Below, piece after piece: positions 19,453 to 28,696 of a stretch of 64,000 nucleotides of DNA (the first letter of the stretch is position 1; each line of letters opens with the position of its first letter). Below the pieces are notes generated by a model. It was given only the letters and a program-made list of their open reading frames with translations. It ran no database searches and was not told the DNA's origin. A program made the position numbers and the translations under genes. This DNA comes from Candidatus Zhuqueibacterota bacterium (GTDB lineage Bacteria > Zhuqueibacterota > Zhuqueibacteria > Thermofontimicrobiales > Thermofontimicrobiaceae). The stretch spans positions 230,693 through 294,692 of the forward strand of contig JAPDPQ010000003.1 of the NCBI GenBank assembly GCA_034506395.1, read 5' to 3'.

Positions 19453-19676
19453 ATTTTGGGGAGAATTATTTGGAGCAGGATGATTTATAGCAAGATAATT
19501 TTAAACAGGGCAATTGAAATCACTCTGCTGTCAATTATCCTGCTATTCGAGTTAATCTAACTTTAATTTTTGGGACGGAATTATTTTTAGCAGGATGATT
19601 TGTGTTAGGATGATTTATAGCAGGATAATTTTAAACAAGGCAATTGAAAACTTTCTGCTGTCAATTATCCTGCTAT
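19453..19676. repeat. Two tandem copies of a ~105-110-bp unit, each with a 14-bp inverted repeat and multiple copies of a 12-bp motif
   Basis: Copy 1 is 19453-19556 and copy 2 is 19565-19676. ATAGCAGGATAATT (19617-30) pairs with AATTATCCTGCTAT (19663-76). The motif AGCAGGAT(G/A)ATT occurs at least 7 times, in both direct and inverted orientation. Confidence 0.8.
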
Positions 19677-19723
19677 GAATAAGTTCTGCTGGCAATTTTC
19701 TTTCAGAAAGAAACTTCAAAAAA

Positions 19724-20794
19724 TTACACATTGAACCGAATGCTCAGAATATCGCCATCCTGAACGATGTAATCTTTGCCTTCCAGCCGAAAAGCGCCGT
19801 TGCTTTTCACGGCTTTTTCCGAGCCCGCTTTGATGAGGTCAATGTAATTGAAGCACTCAGCACGGATGAATCCCCGCATCAGATCGGTGTGGATAACGCC
19901 CGCAGCTTGCAGCGCTGTCGAGCCTTTGCGGATGCTCCAGGCTCGCACCTCATCTGAACCAACCGTGAAAAAGCTGATATACCCCAGCATGTCATAGGCA
20001 AATTTGGTCAACCGATCTCGGGCCGACTGCTCGATCCCCATCTCTGCCATGAATAGCCGCATATCCGACTCATTATCGAACTGCGCCAGCTCCATTTCGA
20101 ATTTCCCTGCAAATTCGATCACATCATGGGACTTTTGGATGGATTGAATCAATCCGTTCCCTTTGCCAAAATTTTCTTCGCCCGAATTCAGGATCACCAG
20201 CAAGGGCTTGAGCGTCAGATACTGGTAGCCTCGAATGACCTTCAGCTCGTCCTGGCTCAATTCCAGCGTGCGGATAGGCTTGCTGTCAGTCAAATGATCG
20301 TGGATCCTTTGCAAGGTCTTTTGCTCGAACAGCAGCTCGTTAGTCTTCTTTCCACGGGAAAGCTGATGGGCGATCCGCTCCAATCTCGTTTCTGTGAAGA
20401 CCAGATCGAACAACAACAGTTCATCGCTGATCAATTCTATATCCTTCAAAGGTGACGAATGGCCATTTAATTCATCTTTGAAATTTTTGACCACCAGTGC
20501 CAGTGCATCGGTGGTCTTCACCAGATTCAATAATTCGGGCGAAAAAGCCCCATCCTTGGCTGAACCGCTGGACAGACCGATGAAATCGATCAGTTCTATC
20601 GTCGCAAATGTTGTCTTTTGCGGTCGATACATTTCGGAGAGCGTTCGCACCCGTTCGTCGCCAACTTCCACCACGGCAATATTGGGCTCGGCCTTGGCCG
20701 CCACAAAGTTGTGCACCTCGGCCTGCGAACGGGTGAGGGCATTGAAAATCGTTGTCTTGCCAGAATGTTGCAATCCAATTAAACCAAGCTTCAT
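19724..20794 (-). CDS. ychF: Ribosome-binding ATPase YchF/OLA1
   Basis: 'MKLGLIGLQHSGKTTIFNALT' gives the P-loop. The C-terminal TGS-like end reads 'FIRAECFNY...GKDYIVQDGDILSIRFNV'. Confidence 0.9.
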   Translation of the reverse strand: MKLGLIGLQHSGKTTIFNALTRSQAEVHNFVAAKAEPNIAVVEVGDERVRTLSEMYRPQKTTFATIELIDFIGLSSGSAKDGAFSPELLNLVKTTDALALVVKNFKDELNGHSSPLKDIELISDELLLFDLVFTETRLERIAHQLSRGKKTNELLFEQKTLQRIHDHLTDSKPIRTLELSQDELKVIRGYQYLTLKPLLVILNSGEENFGKGNGLIQSIQKSHDVIEFAGKFEMELAQFDNESDMRLFMAEMGIEQSARDRLTKFAYDMLGYISFFTVGSDEVRAWSIRKGSTALQAAGVIHTDLMRGFIRAECFNYIDLIKAGSEKAVKSNGAFRLEGKDYIVQDGDILSIRFNV

Positions 20795-21126
20795 AACACA
20801 AAACCCATGTTGAAACCAATTACCGTTTTATCCCAATTTTCAATTTTGAATTTTATCCAGAAAATCAAATTTTTTGATAGAAAATCATGCATTATTCGCT
20901 CCACCGATCATGAAGTTCCCAGCTTTTTGAATTTTTTTTCTTGGCTCAAAATTCTTCATTCGAGAAATCATTCAAGTGAGAATGACGATTATCTAAAACG
21001 ACGATTCATGGATGGGATGTTATTGCATGGGAATTCAGCCATCCTACATTGCGTTACCTTGCAAAATAAGAAATAGACTTTCCTTAACTACTTTGTGTTG
21101 CAAAAATGGAAATCAAAAGAAACGAT

Positions 21127-21210
21127 GTCATTCCTGCGAATGCAGGAATCTATTTTTTAACTGATGCTTAAGTCAACCAAAAGTGAGATGCCTGCATGGG
21201 CAGGCATGAC
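21127..21210. repeat. Family-A palindromic MITE-like element, copy 1
   Basis: GTCATTCCTGCGAATGCAGGAATC (21127-50) and GATGCCTGCATGGGCAGGCATGAC (21187-210). The termini GTCATTCCTGC and GCAGGCATGAC are inverted repeats. Confidence 0.6.
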
Positions 21211-21502
21211 AATATATCGTGTTTTGATAATTCTGAAACAAGAACTTATTAGGATTGATGGTCAAGCATTCTTATTTTATTCTTTCGGCTAAATTTTTAA
21301 GCAATGAATTTCGCAGGTAGGTTCGTTTTTTAAACAATAGAGGGGAATGCTCTGGTATTTGGATATGGCGCCAACCTTAGTTAAGCTTTATCACTTCTGA
21401 ATCACCGATGGAACTGATAGCGATCTGGTCAAATTTCTGTGATCCTGCAATTCTGAAGCAAATTTTTATCAAGAGCCGTCTTTGCCGAATGAATTGGTTC
21501 AA

Positions 21503-23740
21503 TTAAACTGGCTCTGGAGTGAAGCGCTTCAGCCGCAATGCATTGGAGACGACAGTGACGCTGCTTGCGGCCATGGCAGCGGCTGCAATCATCGGATTCA
21601 GCAGTAGGCCAAAAAATGGATAGAGGACACCAGCGGCAATGGGTATCCCTAGCGTATTATAGATGAATGATCCAAATAGGTTCTGCTTAATGTTGCGCAT
21701 GGTAGCATAGCTGAGTTGAATCGCTGTGATCACAGTGGTCAATGTGCCCTTCATCAGGGCGATGTCCCCCGCTTCCATAGCGATGTCTGTTCCCGTTCCC
21801 ATAGCAATCCCAACATCTGCCTGGGCCAGTGCTGGAGCATCGTTGATCCCATCGCCGACCATCGCAACGATTTTCCCCTCCTGCTGGAGAGACTTCACTT
21901 GTCCAGCTTTTTCATCAGGCAAAACTTCGGATAATATGCGAGAAATTCCCAATTGGCGTCCAATAGCTTCTGCAGTTTTTCGATTATCTCCAGTCATTAA
22001 CACCACCTCCAGTCCCATTTCCTGCAATTTTCGGATGGCTCTTGGCGATTCTTGTTTAATTGGATCGGCAATAGCGATGAGCCCAATGATTTTATTATTC
22101 AGCGCAATCCCGATCGGGGTTTTCCCTTCTTCGGCCAACGCAGCAGTCTTCGCCTCAATTTCAGCGAACTCCAAGCCGCGATCTTTCATAAACGCTAAAT
22201 TTCCCAACAGCACTCGATCGCCATTGACCTCTGCCTCGATACCGAATCCAGGTAGAGCCGTAAAATGATCCACAGGAGTTAATTTTAATCCCTTCTGTTT
22301 TGCCGAGCCAATTATCGCTCCAGCGAGTGGATGTTCCGAGCCTTGCTCAGCAGAAGCGGCCAGTCGTAACAGTTCATCAGGGTCAAAATGGTTTATAGCT
22401 ATCGTATCGGTTACGCTTGGTTTGCCGAGTGTCACCGTGCCGGTTTTATCAAAGATAATTGTATCGACTTTATGTGCGTTCTCCAGCGCTTCGGCATTTT
22501 TGATTAAAATACCCAGTTCGGCCCCTTTCCCGGTCCCGACCATGATGGAGGTAGGTGTCGCCAAACCCAAGGCGCAGGGACAGGCGATGATCAATACTGT
22601 CACGAATGTGACGAGGGCGTAGATCAATTTCGGCTCTGGTCCAAATCGCCACCAAATAAAAAAAGCTAAAATTGCGATGCCAATGACCACGGGCACGAAG
22701 ATACTTGCGACGAAATCCGCCAGGCGTTGGATTGGAGCTTTGGAGCCCTGGGCTTCTTGGACGAGCCGAATAATTTGCGCGAGCACTGTGTCCTTACCAA
22801 CTTTGGTCGCTCTGAACTGAAAAGAGCCAGTTTTGTTGATCGTGGCGCCGATCACCGTGTCCCCAATCGATTTCTTGACTGGCAATGCTTCTCCAGTGAG
22901 CATCGACTCGTCCACAGCAGAACTACCAGCCACCACTCGACCGTCCACGGGAATACGCTCACCAGGCCGAACAAGGACCAGATCTCCCACCTGAACCTGT
23001 TCGATCGGAAGGTCAATTTCTTGTCCATTTCGAAACACCCGAGCAGTTTTCGGTTGCAAACCCATGAGCTTTTTGATCGCCTCGGAAGTACGGCCCTTTG
23101 CCCGGGCCTCTAACAATCGGCCGAATAAAATGAGCGTTATTATTACAGCGGTTGTGTCGTAATAGACATGCTGCAAATCGCTTGGCAGAAAATTCGGGAA
23201 AAAGGTGGCCACAGTTGAATAAATATAAGCTGCCCCAGTGCCGAGAGCGATCAGGGTATTCATGTCAGCCGTACCATGCCGCAAGGCTTTCCATGCGCCG
23301 AAGAAAAATTGTCTGCCCGACATGATCAGCACTAATGTGGTCAGCGCAAACAAGATGATCCATAGCGGCTGTTGTGGGACGACTTTCAAGTGACTCACCA
23401 TATCTGCCATCGACCCGATCATGATGATGGAGGTCAACACGGTGCTAAAAATCAGTTGTCGCAACTGCTTTCGGTATCGCTCCTCTCGGATCCTCCGATC
23501 CCAATCCGCACTGAACTCCTCACGGATCGCCTCGGCCTCATACCCGGCGTCGGCGACCGCAGCTCTCAGCCGTTCGATATCGGCCGCTCTTGGCTCCAGG
23601 GTAATTGTCGCCCGTTCGGTGCCAAGATTGACCACCGCATCAACGACGCCATCCACGCTTTTCAGCGCCGTTTCTACCCGACGCACGCAAGCTGCGCAGG
23701 TCATTCCTTTTATAGCCAATTCGATTTTTTCTGATTTCAT
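21503..23740 (-). CDS. copA: Copper-translocating P1B-type ATPase
   Basis: The N-terminal HMA motif '[12 protein letters not shown]', the TM6 '[10 protein letters not shown]', the phosphorylation site 'DKTGTVT', and the 'MTGDN' and '[10 protein letters not shown]' hinge motifs are all visible. Confidence 0.95.
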   Translation of the reverse strand: MKSEKIELAIKGMTCAACVRRVETALKSVDGVVDAVVNLGTERATITLEPRAADIERLRAAVADAGYEAEAIREEFSADWDRRIREERYRKQLRQLIFSTVLTSIIMIGSMADMVSHLKVVPQQPLWIILFALTTLVLIMSGRQFFFGAWKALRHGTADMNTLIALGTGAAYIYSTVATFFPNFLPSDLQHVYYDTTAVIITLILFGRLLEARAKGRTSEAIKKLMGLQPKTARVFRNGQEIDLPIEQVQVGDLVLVRPGERIPVDGRVVAGSSAVDESMLTGEALPVKKSIGDTVIGATINKTGSFQFRATKVGKDTVLAQIIRLVQEAQGSKAPIQRLADFVASIFVPVVIGIAILAFFIWWRFGPEPKLIYALVTFVTVLIIACPCALGLATPTSIMVGTGKGAELGILIKNAEALENAHKVDTIIFDKTGTVTLGKPSVTDTIAINHFDPDELLRLAASAEQGSEHPLAGAIIGSAKQKGLKLTPVDHFTALPGFGIEAEVNGDRVLLGNLAFMKDRGLEFAEIEAKTAALAEEGKTPIGIALNNKIIGLIAIADPIKQESPRAIRKLQEMGLEVVLMTGDNRKTAEAIGRQLGISRILSEVLPDEKAGQVKSLQQEGKIVAMVGDGINDAPALAQADVGIAMGTGTDIAMEAGDIALMKGTLTTVITAIQLSYATMRNIKQNLFGSFIYNTLGIPIAAGVLYPFFGLLLNPMIAAAAMAASSVTVVSNALRLKRFTPEPV

Positions 23741-23814
23741 ATCTCACTCATCAATAAAAGCTTCTCCCAGCATTGAGCAATTAGCAAAGCATTCCCAATA
23801 CTTAAAAATTTCCC

Positions 23815-23843
23815 TTGACTTTTTCGTCAAACCGGTTTATAAT
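23815..23843 (+). promoter_or_regulatory. Sigma70-like promoter consensus with a dyad, in the copA / oligopeptidase B divergent region
   Basis: The elements are TTGACT (23815-20), a 17-nt spacer and TATAAT (23838-43). TTGAC-N6-GTCAA forms a dyad at the -35. The site lies about 300 nt upstream of the next plus-strand CDS, so its function is uncertain. Confidence 0.3.
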
Positions 23844-24140
23844 GCAACTAAATTTTTTCAAATTTGATCCTTGAAAATTTTATGCCGAAAATTTCTCTAA
23901 GATGAAACCATTTTCGCGAAGACAACTTAAGCGCGAATTCAGTGCTCGCTGTTTCTTCCAGTGATTGGCCAAATTCCCGAAATTAATTATTGTCCCAAAT
24001 CACTCATTTCGCCAATCAATCGAATATAGCTAAGCATTGTCTTGAGCCTGGTGGCTCTTTTCTTTAGCTCTATTAAATGCGGAGCAGATCGCAAAATGGA
24101 CAACGAATCAATTCATCCAATCAATCCCAAGAGGTGAACA

Positions 24141-26291
24141 ATGAAACGCTCAACCCGTTCTCAACTTAACACTGCTTTTCTTTTTTTCACATCGTTTCTT
24201 TTCACGCTGATCTGGGCAGGATGTTCATTTCAACATGCCCAGCGCCAACATATAGTCCCCCCAAAAGCGAAGCAAATTCCCAAAGAGCTCACCATCCATG
24301 GCCACACGCGTATCGACAAATATTTCTGGTTGCGCGAGCGAGAAAACCCTGAGGTAATTACTTACCTTCAGGCAGAAAACGATTATAAAGATGCGGTACT
24401 CAAGCATACAAAAAAGCTGCAAGAAAAGCTATATAAAGAAATCATCGGCCGATTTAAACAGACCGACATGTCCGTTCCTTACAGGGACAATGGCTATTAT
24501 TACTATATCCGCTACGAAGAGGGCCAAGAACATCCGATCTACTGCCGCAAGAAAGGGAGCCTTGAAGCGCAAGAAGAGATCATGCTGAACGTCAACGAAA
24601 TGGCGAAAGGACATGATTTTTACCAGGTGGTGGGACTCAGCGTCAGCGATGATAATAAATTTCTTGCCTTCGGCGTCGATACGGTGAGTCGACGGAAATA
24701 TACGATTTACTTTAAGAATTTGGAGACAAACGAGCTTTTGCCAGATGCGCTTCCCAACACCTCTGGTGGGGCTGCTTGGGCGAGCGATAACAAGACTGTT
24801 TTCTATGCCACCAAAGATTCGACCCTACGGCCCTTTAAGATCATGCGCCATATCTTGGGAACGGATCCAGCTGAAGACGCCGAAGTCTTCCATGAAAAAG
24901 ACAGCACATTCAGTACCTATGTCTATAGATCGAAATCAAAAAAATATATCTTGATCAACTCGACCAGCACGTTATCAACTGAATATCGCTATCTGGAGGC
25001 TGATGATCCCACAGGCCTATTCACGATCTTCAATCCTCGGGAACGAGATCACGAATATAGCATCGAACATTTTGAGGACAAGTTTTATATCGTGACCAAT
25101 TGGAACGCCAAAAATTTCCGCTTGATGGAGACACCCGTCGGAAACACGAACAAGAAGTATTGGCGCGAGGTAATTCCGCATCGGAATGATGTTTTGCTGG
25201 AAGATATTGAGGTGTTCAAGAATTATTTAGCCATTGGCGAGCGGAAAAATGGTCTGCGACAGATCCGCGTCGTTGATCAAACCGATGGGACGGAACATTA
25301 TCTGGATTTCGGCGAGCCCGCTTATACAGCCTATGCGTCGATCAATCCCGAATTCGACACTGAGCTGTTGCGCTATGGTTATACCTCGCTTACTACCCCG
25401 AATTCGACTTACGATTACAACATGCGAACCCGAGAAAAGACGTTGCTGAAACAAGAAGAAGTTTTGGGCGGTTTCGATCCGAAAAATTATAAAACTGAAC
25501 GGCTTTATGCAACGGCGAAGGACAGCGTGAAAATTCCAATTTCGTTGGTCTATCGGGTTGGCCTGGTGAAAGATGGCAACAATCCGTTGCTGCTCTATGG
25601 GTATGGTTCTTATGGCGCGAGCACAGATGCCAGTTTCAGCTCGGTGAGACTGAGCCTGTTAGATCGCGGATTTGTTTATGCCATCGCGCATATTCGCGGC
25701 GGTCAGGAGATGGGACGACAGTGGTATGAGGACGGCAAGCTGCTGAAAAAGAAAAATACGTTTACCGATTTCATCGCCTGCGCAGAGTGTTTGATCGCCG
25801 AAAAATTCACCAATCCTGAAAAATTGTTCGCAATGGGAGGCAGCGCGGGAGGCTTGCTCATCGGCGCGGTGGTCAATATGCGTCCCGATCTATTTAAAGG
25901 TGTCATCGCCGCAGTGCCTTGGGTCGATGTGGTAACCACTATGCTCGACGAGTCCATTCCGCTGACCACCAATGAGTTCGACGAATGGGGCAATCCCAAA
26001 CAGAAAGAATATTACGATTACATGTTATCCTATTCGCCTTATGACAACGTGGTCGCCCAAAATTATCCCAATATGTTCGTCACCACCGGTCTGCACGATT
26101 CTCAGGTGCAATATTGGGAGCCAGCCAAGTGGGTGGCAAAGCTGCGTGAATTGAAGACCGATAACAATATTCTCGTACTGCATACCGATATGAAAGCGGG
26201 TCATGGCGGCAAAGCAGGCCGCTTCGAGCGCCATCGGCTGACAGCAATGGAATATGCGTTCATGTTGGATTTGCTGGGGATTAGAGATTAA
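24141..26291 (+). CDS. ptrB: S9A prolyl-oligopeptidase family protease, oligopeptidase B-like, with a signal or lipoprotein N-terminus
   Basis: 'DKYFWLRERENPEV' is the N-terminal propeller start. The catalytic Ser is in 'GGSAGGLLIG', and 'TGLHDSQVQYWEPAKW' and 'AGHGG' give the Asp/His region. Confidence 0.85.
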   Translation: MKRSTRSQLNTAFLFFTSFLFTLIWAGCSFQHAQRQHIVPPKAKQIPKELTIHGHTRIDKYFWLRERENPEVITYLQAENDYKDAVLKHTKKLQEKLYKEIIGRFKQTDMSVPYRDNGYYYYIRYEEGQEHPIYCRKKGSLEAQEEIMLNVNEMAKGHDFYQVVGLSVSDDNKFLAFGVDTVSRRKYTIYFKNLETNELLPDALPNTSGGAAWASDNKTVFYATKDSTLRPFKIMRHILGTDPAEDAEVFHEKDSTFSTYVYRSKSKKYILINSTSTLSTEYRYLEADDPTGLFTIFNPRERDHEYSIEHFEDKFYIVTNWNAKNFRLMETPVGNTNKKYWREVIPHRNDVLLEDIEVFKNYLAIGERKNGLRQIRVVDQTDGTEHYLDFGEPAYTAYASINPEFDTELLRYGYTSLTTPNSTYDYNMRTREKTLLKQEEVLGGFDPKNYKTERLYATAKDSVKIPISLVYRVGLVKDGNNPLLLYGYGSYGASTDASFSSVRLSLLDRGFVYAIAHIRGGQEMGRQWYEDGKLLKKKNTFTDFIACAECLIAEKFTNPEKLFAMGGSAGGLLIGAVVNMRPDLFKGVIAAVPWVDVVTTMLDESIPLTTNEFDEWGNPKQKEYYDYMLSYSPYDNVVAQNYPNMFVTTGLHDSQVQYWEPAKWVAKLRELKTDNNILVLHTDMKAGHGGKAGRFERHRLTAMEYAFMLDLLGIRD

Positions 26292-26333
26292 TCAATTGAA
26301 CTATAAGGCAAGTTGTTAACCTGCCTCAAGAAT

Positions 26334-26395
26334 TGTAGGACAGGTTGCCATCCTGTCTCTTAAACTGTAGGAGAGGTTGCCAACCTGTCCCACAG
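26334..26395. repeat. Family-C hairpin repeats (two copies) upstream of the GxGYxYP gene
   Basis: TGTAGGACAGGTTGCCATCCTGTC (26334-57) and CTGTAGGAGAGGTTGCCAACCTGTCCCACAG (26365-95). Confidence 0.6.
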
Positions 26396-26412
26396 AATAG
26401 CGGAGAGATATC

Positions 26413-28476
26413 ATGTCGAAAAAGGCAATTGTAATTTTATCGCTCATTTTCTTATTCATCCCAGGCCTGATGTTTTCACAGGGCAACTCCGTTTTCAATG
26501 GTCAATGGACCCTCCTTCCAGAGAAAAGCAGCGAGATTGGCCTTTATGGGACGTTGTCGATCGATTTCGCCATCGCGGATCAATCGATCACCCTCATCCA
26601 GAAATGGGGTACTAGCCGCAGCTTTTCGGATACGATTCAAATCAATGCCGATGGTATCGCGCGGGACTTTCCTATTCGCGATCGCGTATTTCCCACCAAC
26701 GTGTTCATGGGATTAGCCATGCCAGTTGGTGGCAAGCGGCAGATCAAAGCCTGGTGGGAAAACGATGGTGCACTTTTGAAACTAAGCTACCGCTACGAAA
26801 TCCGTGGCTCACAGGGCTACAAGCCAATGATAGAAACCCATAGCTACCAGCTTATTGAAGGTGGCGAAGTGTTGCTCTACCGCATCGAGCGATCGACGCG
26901 GCCATCAGGCTCGCCGTTGCAATATCAACTCAAGCGCGCTGGCACGAAGCAAGCCTATTTCATGCGGATCAAAGATGAATGGGAAGTAGCTGGCAGTCTG
27001 GACCGAAACGCGCTGCTATTGAGCATCCAAGGGAACGCCAACCGTTCTGGCCCCAATCTCTATTTCATCTATCCTGAAAATTGGCCGTTCGTCTACACTG
27101 CATCGTTATTCGATTATTATCGACATAGACGCAATTTCACCTTTACAGAGCTATCGAGCATCGAGCAGGCGCTGAACCTTTTCAAAGACCATCTCAAAGG
27201 CTATGTGGTATGGGATAAATCGGTGCGGACGTCGCTGATCGTTGCCTTTACTGTGGCCGGTTTAGATAGCGCTGTGGTAGTCAGTTCTGAATTGATCCCA
27301 ATGGTTGAAAATGCCGGTTTGAAGATGATCGAGGATTTTCGGGGAAGATTCGTTGGTCAGAGCGATTATCAAATTTATAGTTGGGCCTATGATCAATACT
27401 GGCCTCGATGCAACAAAGAATTCATCGTCTGGCTGGGCGGCGATGCTGGCAAAATCATGAAACCAGGGGTGGCCGATTGGGGTATTTACAAGCAGGTCTT
27501 CTTTCAGGATTTATCTACCAGGGAAAGCGACACGCTCGAATACAAGCTGGCTTGCCGCTTGCTCAGCGAGATGAAACCTGGCTCGATCGTTATGGGTTGG
27601 CATTCTTACGCCAAAGATCGGGAGCGCGACCATGTGAAATTGACCTCTAAATATGGCCATGTGGTCGAGGGCCTCCATACCCTGCCCAATTTCAGCTTTG
27701 ATCATCAAATCCCGTTTGCACCAGGGTTCAAGATCAAAAACAATCATCATATCGTCCCTGGAAAAATTTACAGACCAAAAAACAAAGTTTATATCACTTG
27801 TATTCAATCTGACGGGATGGGCATTGGTGCCTGGCTGCGCCCAGGTCGAGGCGAAATCCCCTACGCCTGGGAGATGATTATGAATTATGTCTGGCTAGCG
27901 CCCGTTCTTTTGGAATATTTCTACACTATGGCCACGCCGAACGATTACTTTATCGGCTGCCTCTCTGGGCCAGGTTATATGTACCCCAAGGCCGTCCCCC
28001 CTGAATTATTGCCTGGCTTGCTTCGGAGGGCGAACGACCTGATGAAGCAGCTCGACCTCCGCGTGTTCGAGATAATGGATTATTCAGAGGGCGCCACAGT
28101 TGAAGGAAATACCGAATTGACTCGTCGGGTCGTCGATGCTTACTACGAAAATATGCCCGAAGCCATCGGCTTTGTCAATGGGTACGCGCCAGCATATACT
28201 TTCACCTGCCGCGATGGTCGGCCACTCATCTCGTATGACTATTACCTCTCCCCCACAATACCCGAGAGCGAGGCCGTCGCCGATCTTCAGGAATTGGCCA
28301 GGGTTAATTCAGCTCGGCCGTATTTCCTTTTGGTCCATGTCCGCGAGTCCAGCGATGTGAAACGTGTGAAAGGTATTCTCGATAAATTGGGCTCCGAATT
28401 CGAAGTGGTGCCTTTGGATATCTTCATGAAACTTGCAGGAAACCAGCCCACCTTCAAAGAACGATTTTTAGAATAA
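26413..28476 (+). CDS. Secreted GxGYxYP-domain protein (putative glycoside hydrolase family)
   Basis: A signal peptide (MSKKAIVILSLIFLFIPGLMFSQG) and the literal motif 'GPGYMYP' (GxGYxYP) are both visible in the translation. The motif lies within 'CLSGPGYMYPKAV' in the C-terminal half. Confidence 0.7.
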   Translation: MSKKAIVILSLIFLFIPGLMFSQGNSVFNGQWTLLPEKSSEIGLYGTLSIDFAIADQSITLIQKWGTSRSFSDTIQINADGIARDFPIRDRVFPTNVFMGLAMPVGGKRQIKAWWENDGALLKLSYRYEIRGSQGYKPMIETHSYQLIEGGEVLLYRIERSTRPSGSPLQYQLKRAGTKQAYFMRIKDEWEVAGSLDRNALLLSIQGNANRSGPNLYFIYPENWPFVYTASLFDYYRHRRNFTFTELSSIEQALNLFKDHLKGYVVWDKSVRTSLIVAFTVAGLDSAVVVSSELIPMVENAGLKMIEDFRGRFVGQSDYQIYSWAYDQYWPRCNKEFIVWLGGDAGKIMKPGVADWGIYKQVFFQDLSTRESDTLEYKLACRLLSEMKPGSIVMGWHSYAKDRERDHVKLTSKYGHVVEGLHTLPNFSFDHQIPFAPGFKIKNNHHIVPGKIYRPKNKVYITCIQSDGMGIGAWLRPGRGEIPYAWEMIMNYVWLAPVLLEYFYTMATPNDYFIGCLSGPGYMYPKAVPPELLPGLLRRANDLMKQLDLRVFEIMDYSEGATVEGNTELTRRVVDAYYENMPEAIGFVNGYAPAYTFTCRDGRPLISYDYYLSPTIPESEAVADLQELARVNSARPYFLLVHVRESSDVKRVKGILDKLGSEFEVVPLDIFMKLAGNQPTFKERFLE

Positions 28477-28477
28477 C

Positions 28478-28503
28478 CTGTGGGGCAGGATGGCATCCTG
28501 CCC
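28478..28503 (+). terminator. Family-C hairpin immediately after the stop codon; possible terminator
   Basis: GGGCAGGA-TGGCA-TCCTGCCC forms an 8-bp GC-rich stem starting about 5 nt after the TAA at 28474-76. No clear T-tract follows. Confidence 0.4.
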
Positions 28504-28696
28504 TGCCCTTCATTACAATTATTTCAATTGACTATCAGCTTTAAATTCCTTACTTTTGCAGCCAATGTCTGACTCTTCCATGGAAATGGAATCCACAGAA
28601 ATGTACATCAAGAAGTTACTGAGGATTTTATTTTGATTATCAAAAAGCAGATAGCTTACCAGGGACATTCAGGGAGAATGTTACTTTAAAAGAAAC

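Noticed and set aside
16440-19700. Prophage or integrative element call for the whole islet
   Set aside because: There is no integrase, capsid or tail gene, replication gene, or flanking direct repeats or tRNA. The only evidence is an IS relic, an XRE module and a repeat block, which is insufficient for more than 'accessory islet'.
20807-21076. 89-aa plus-strand ORF in the ychF-copA intergenic region
   Set aside because: It is AT-rich with low-complexity sequence, has no RBS or motif, and is followed directly by a family-A repeat. It is likely non-coding.
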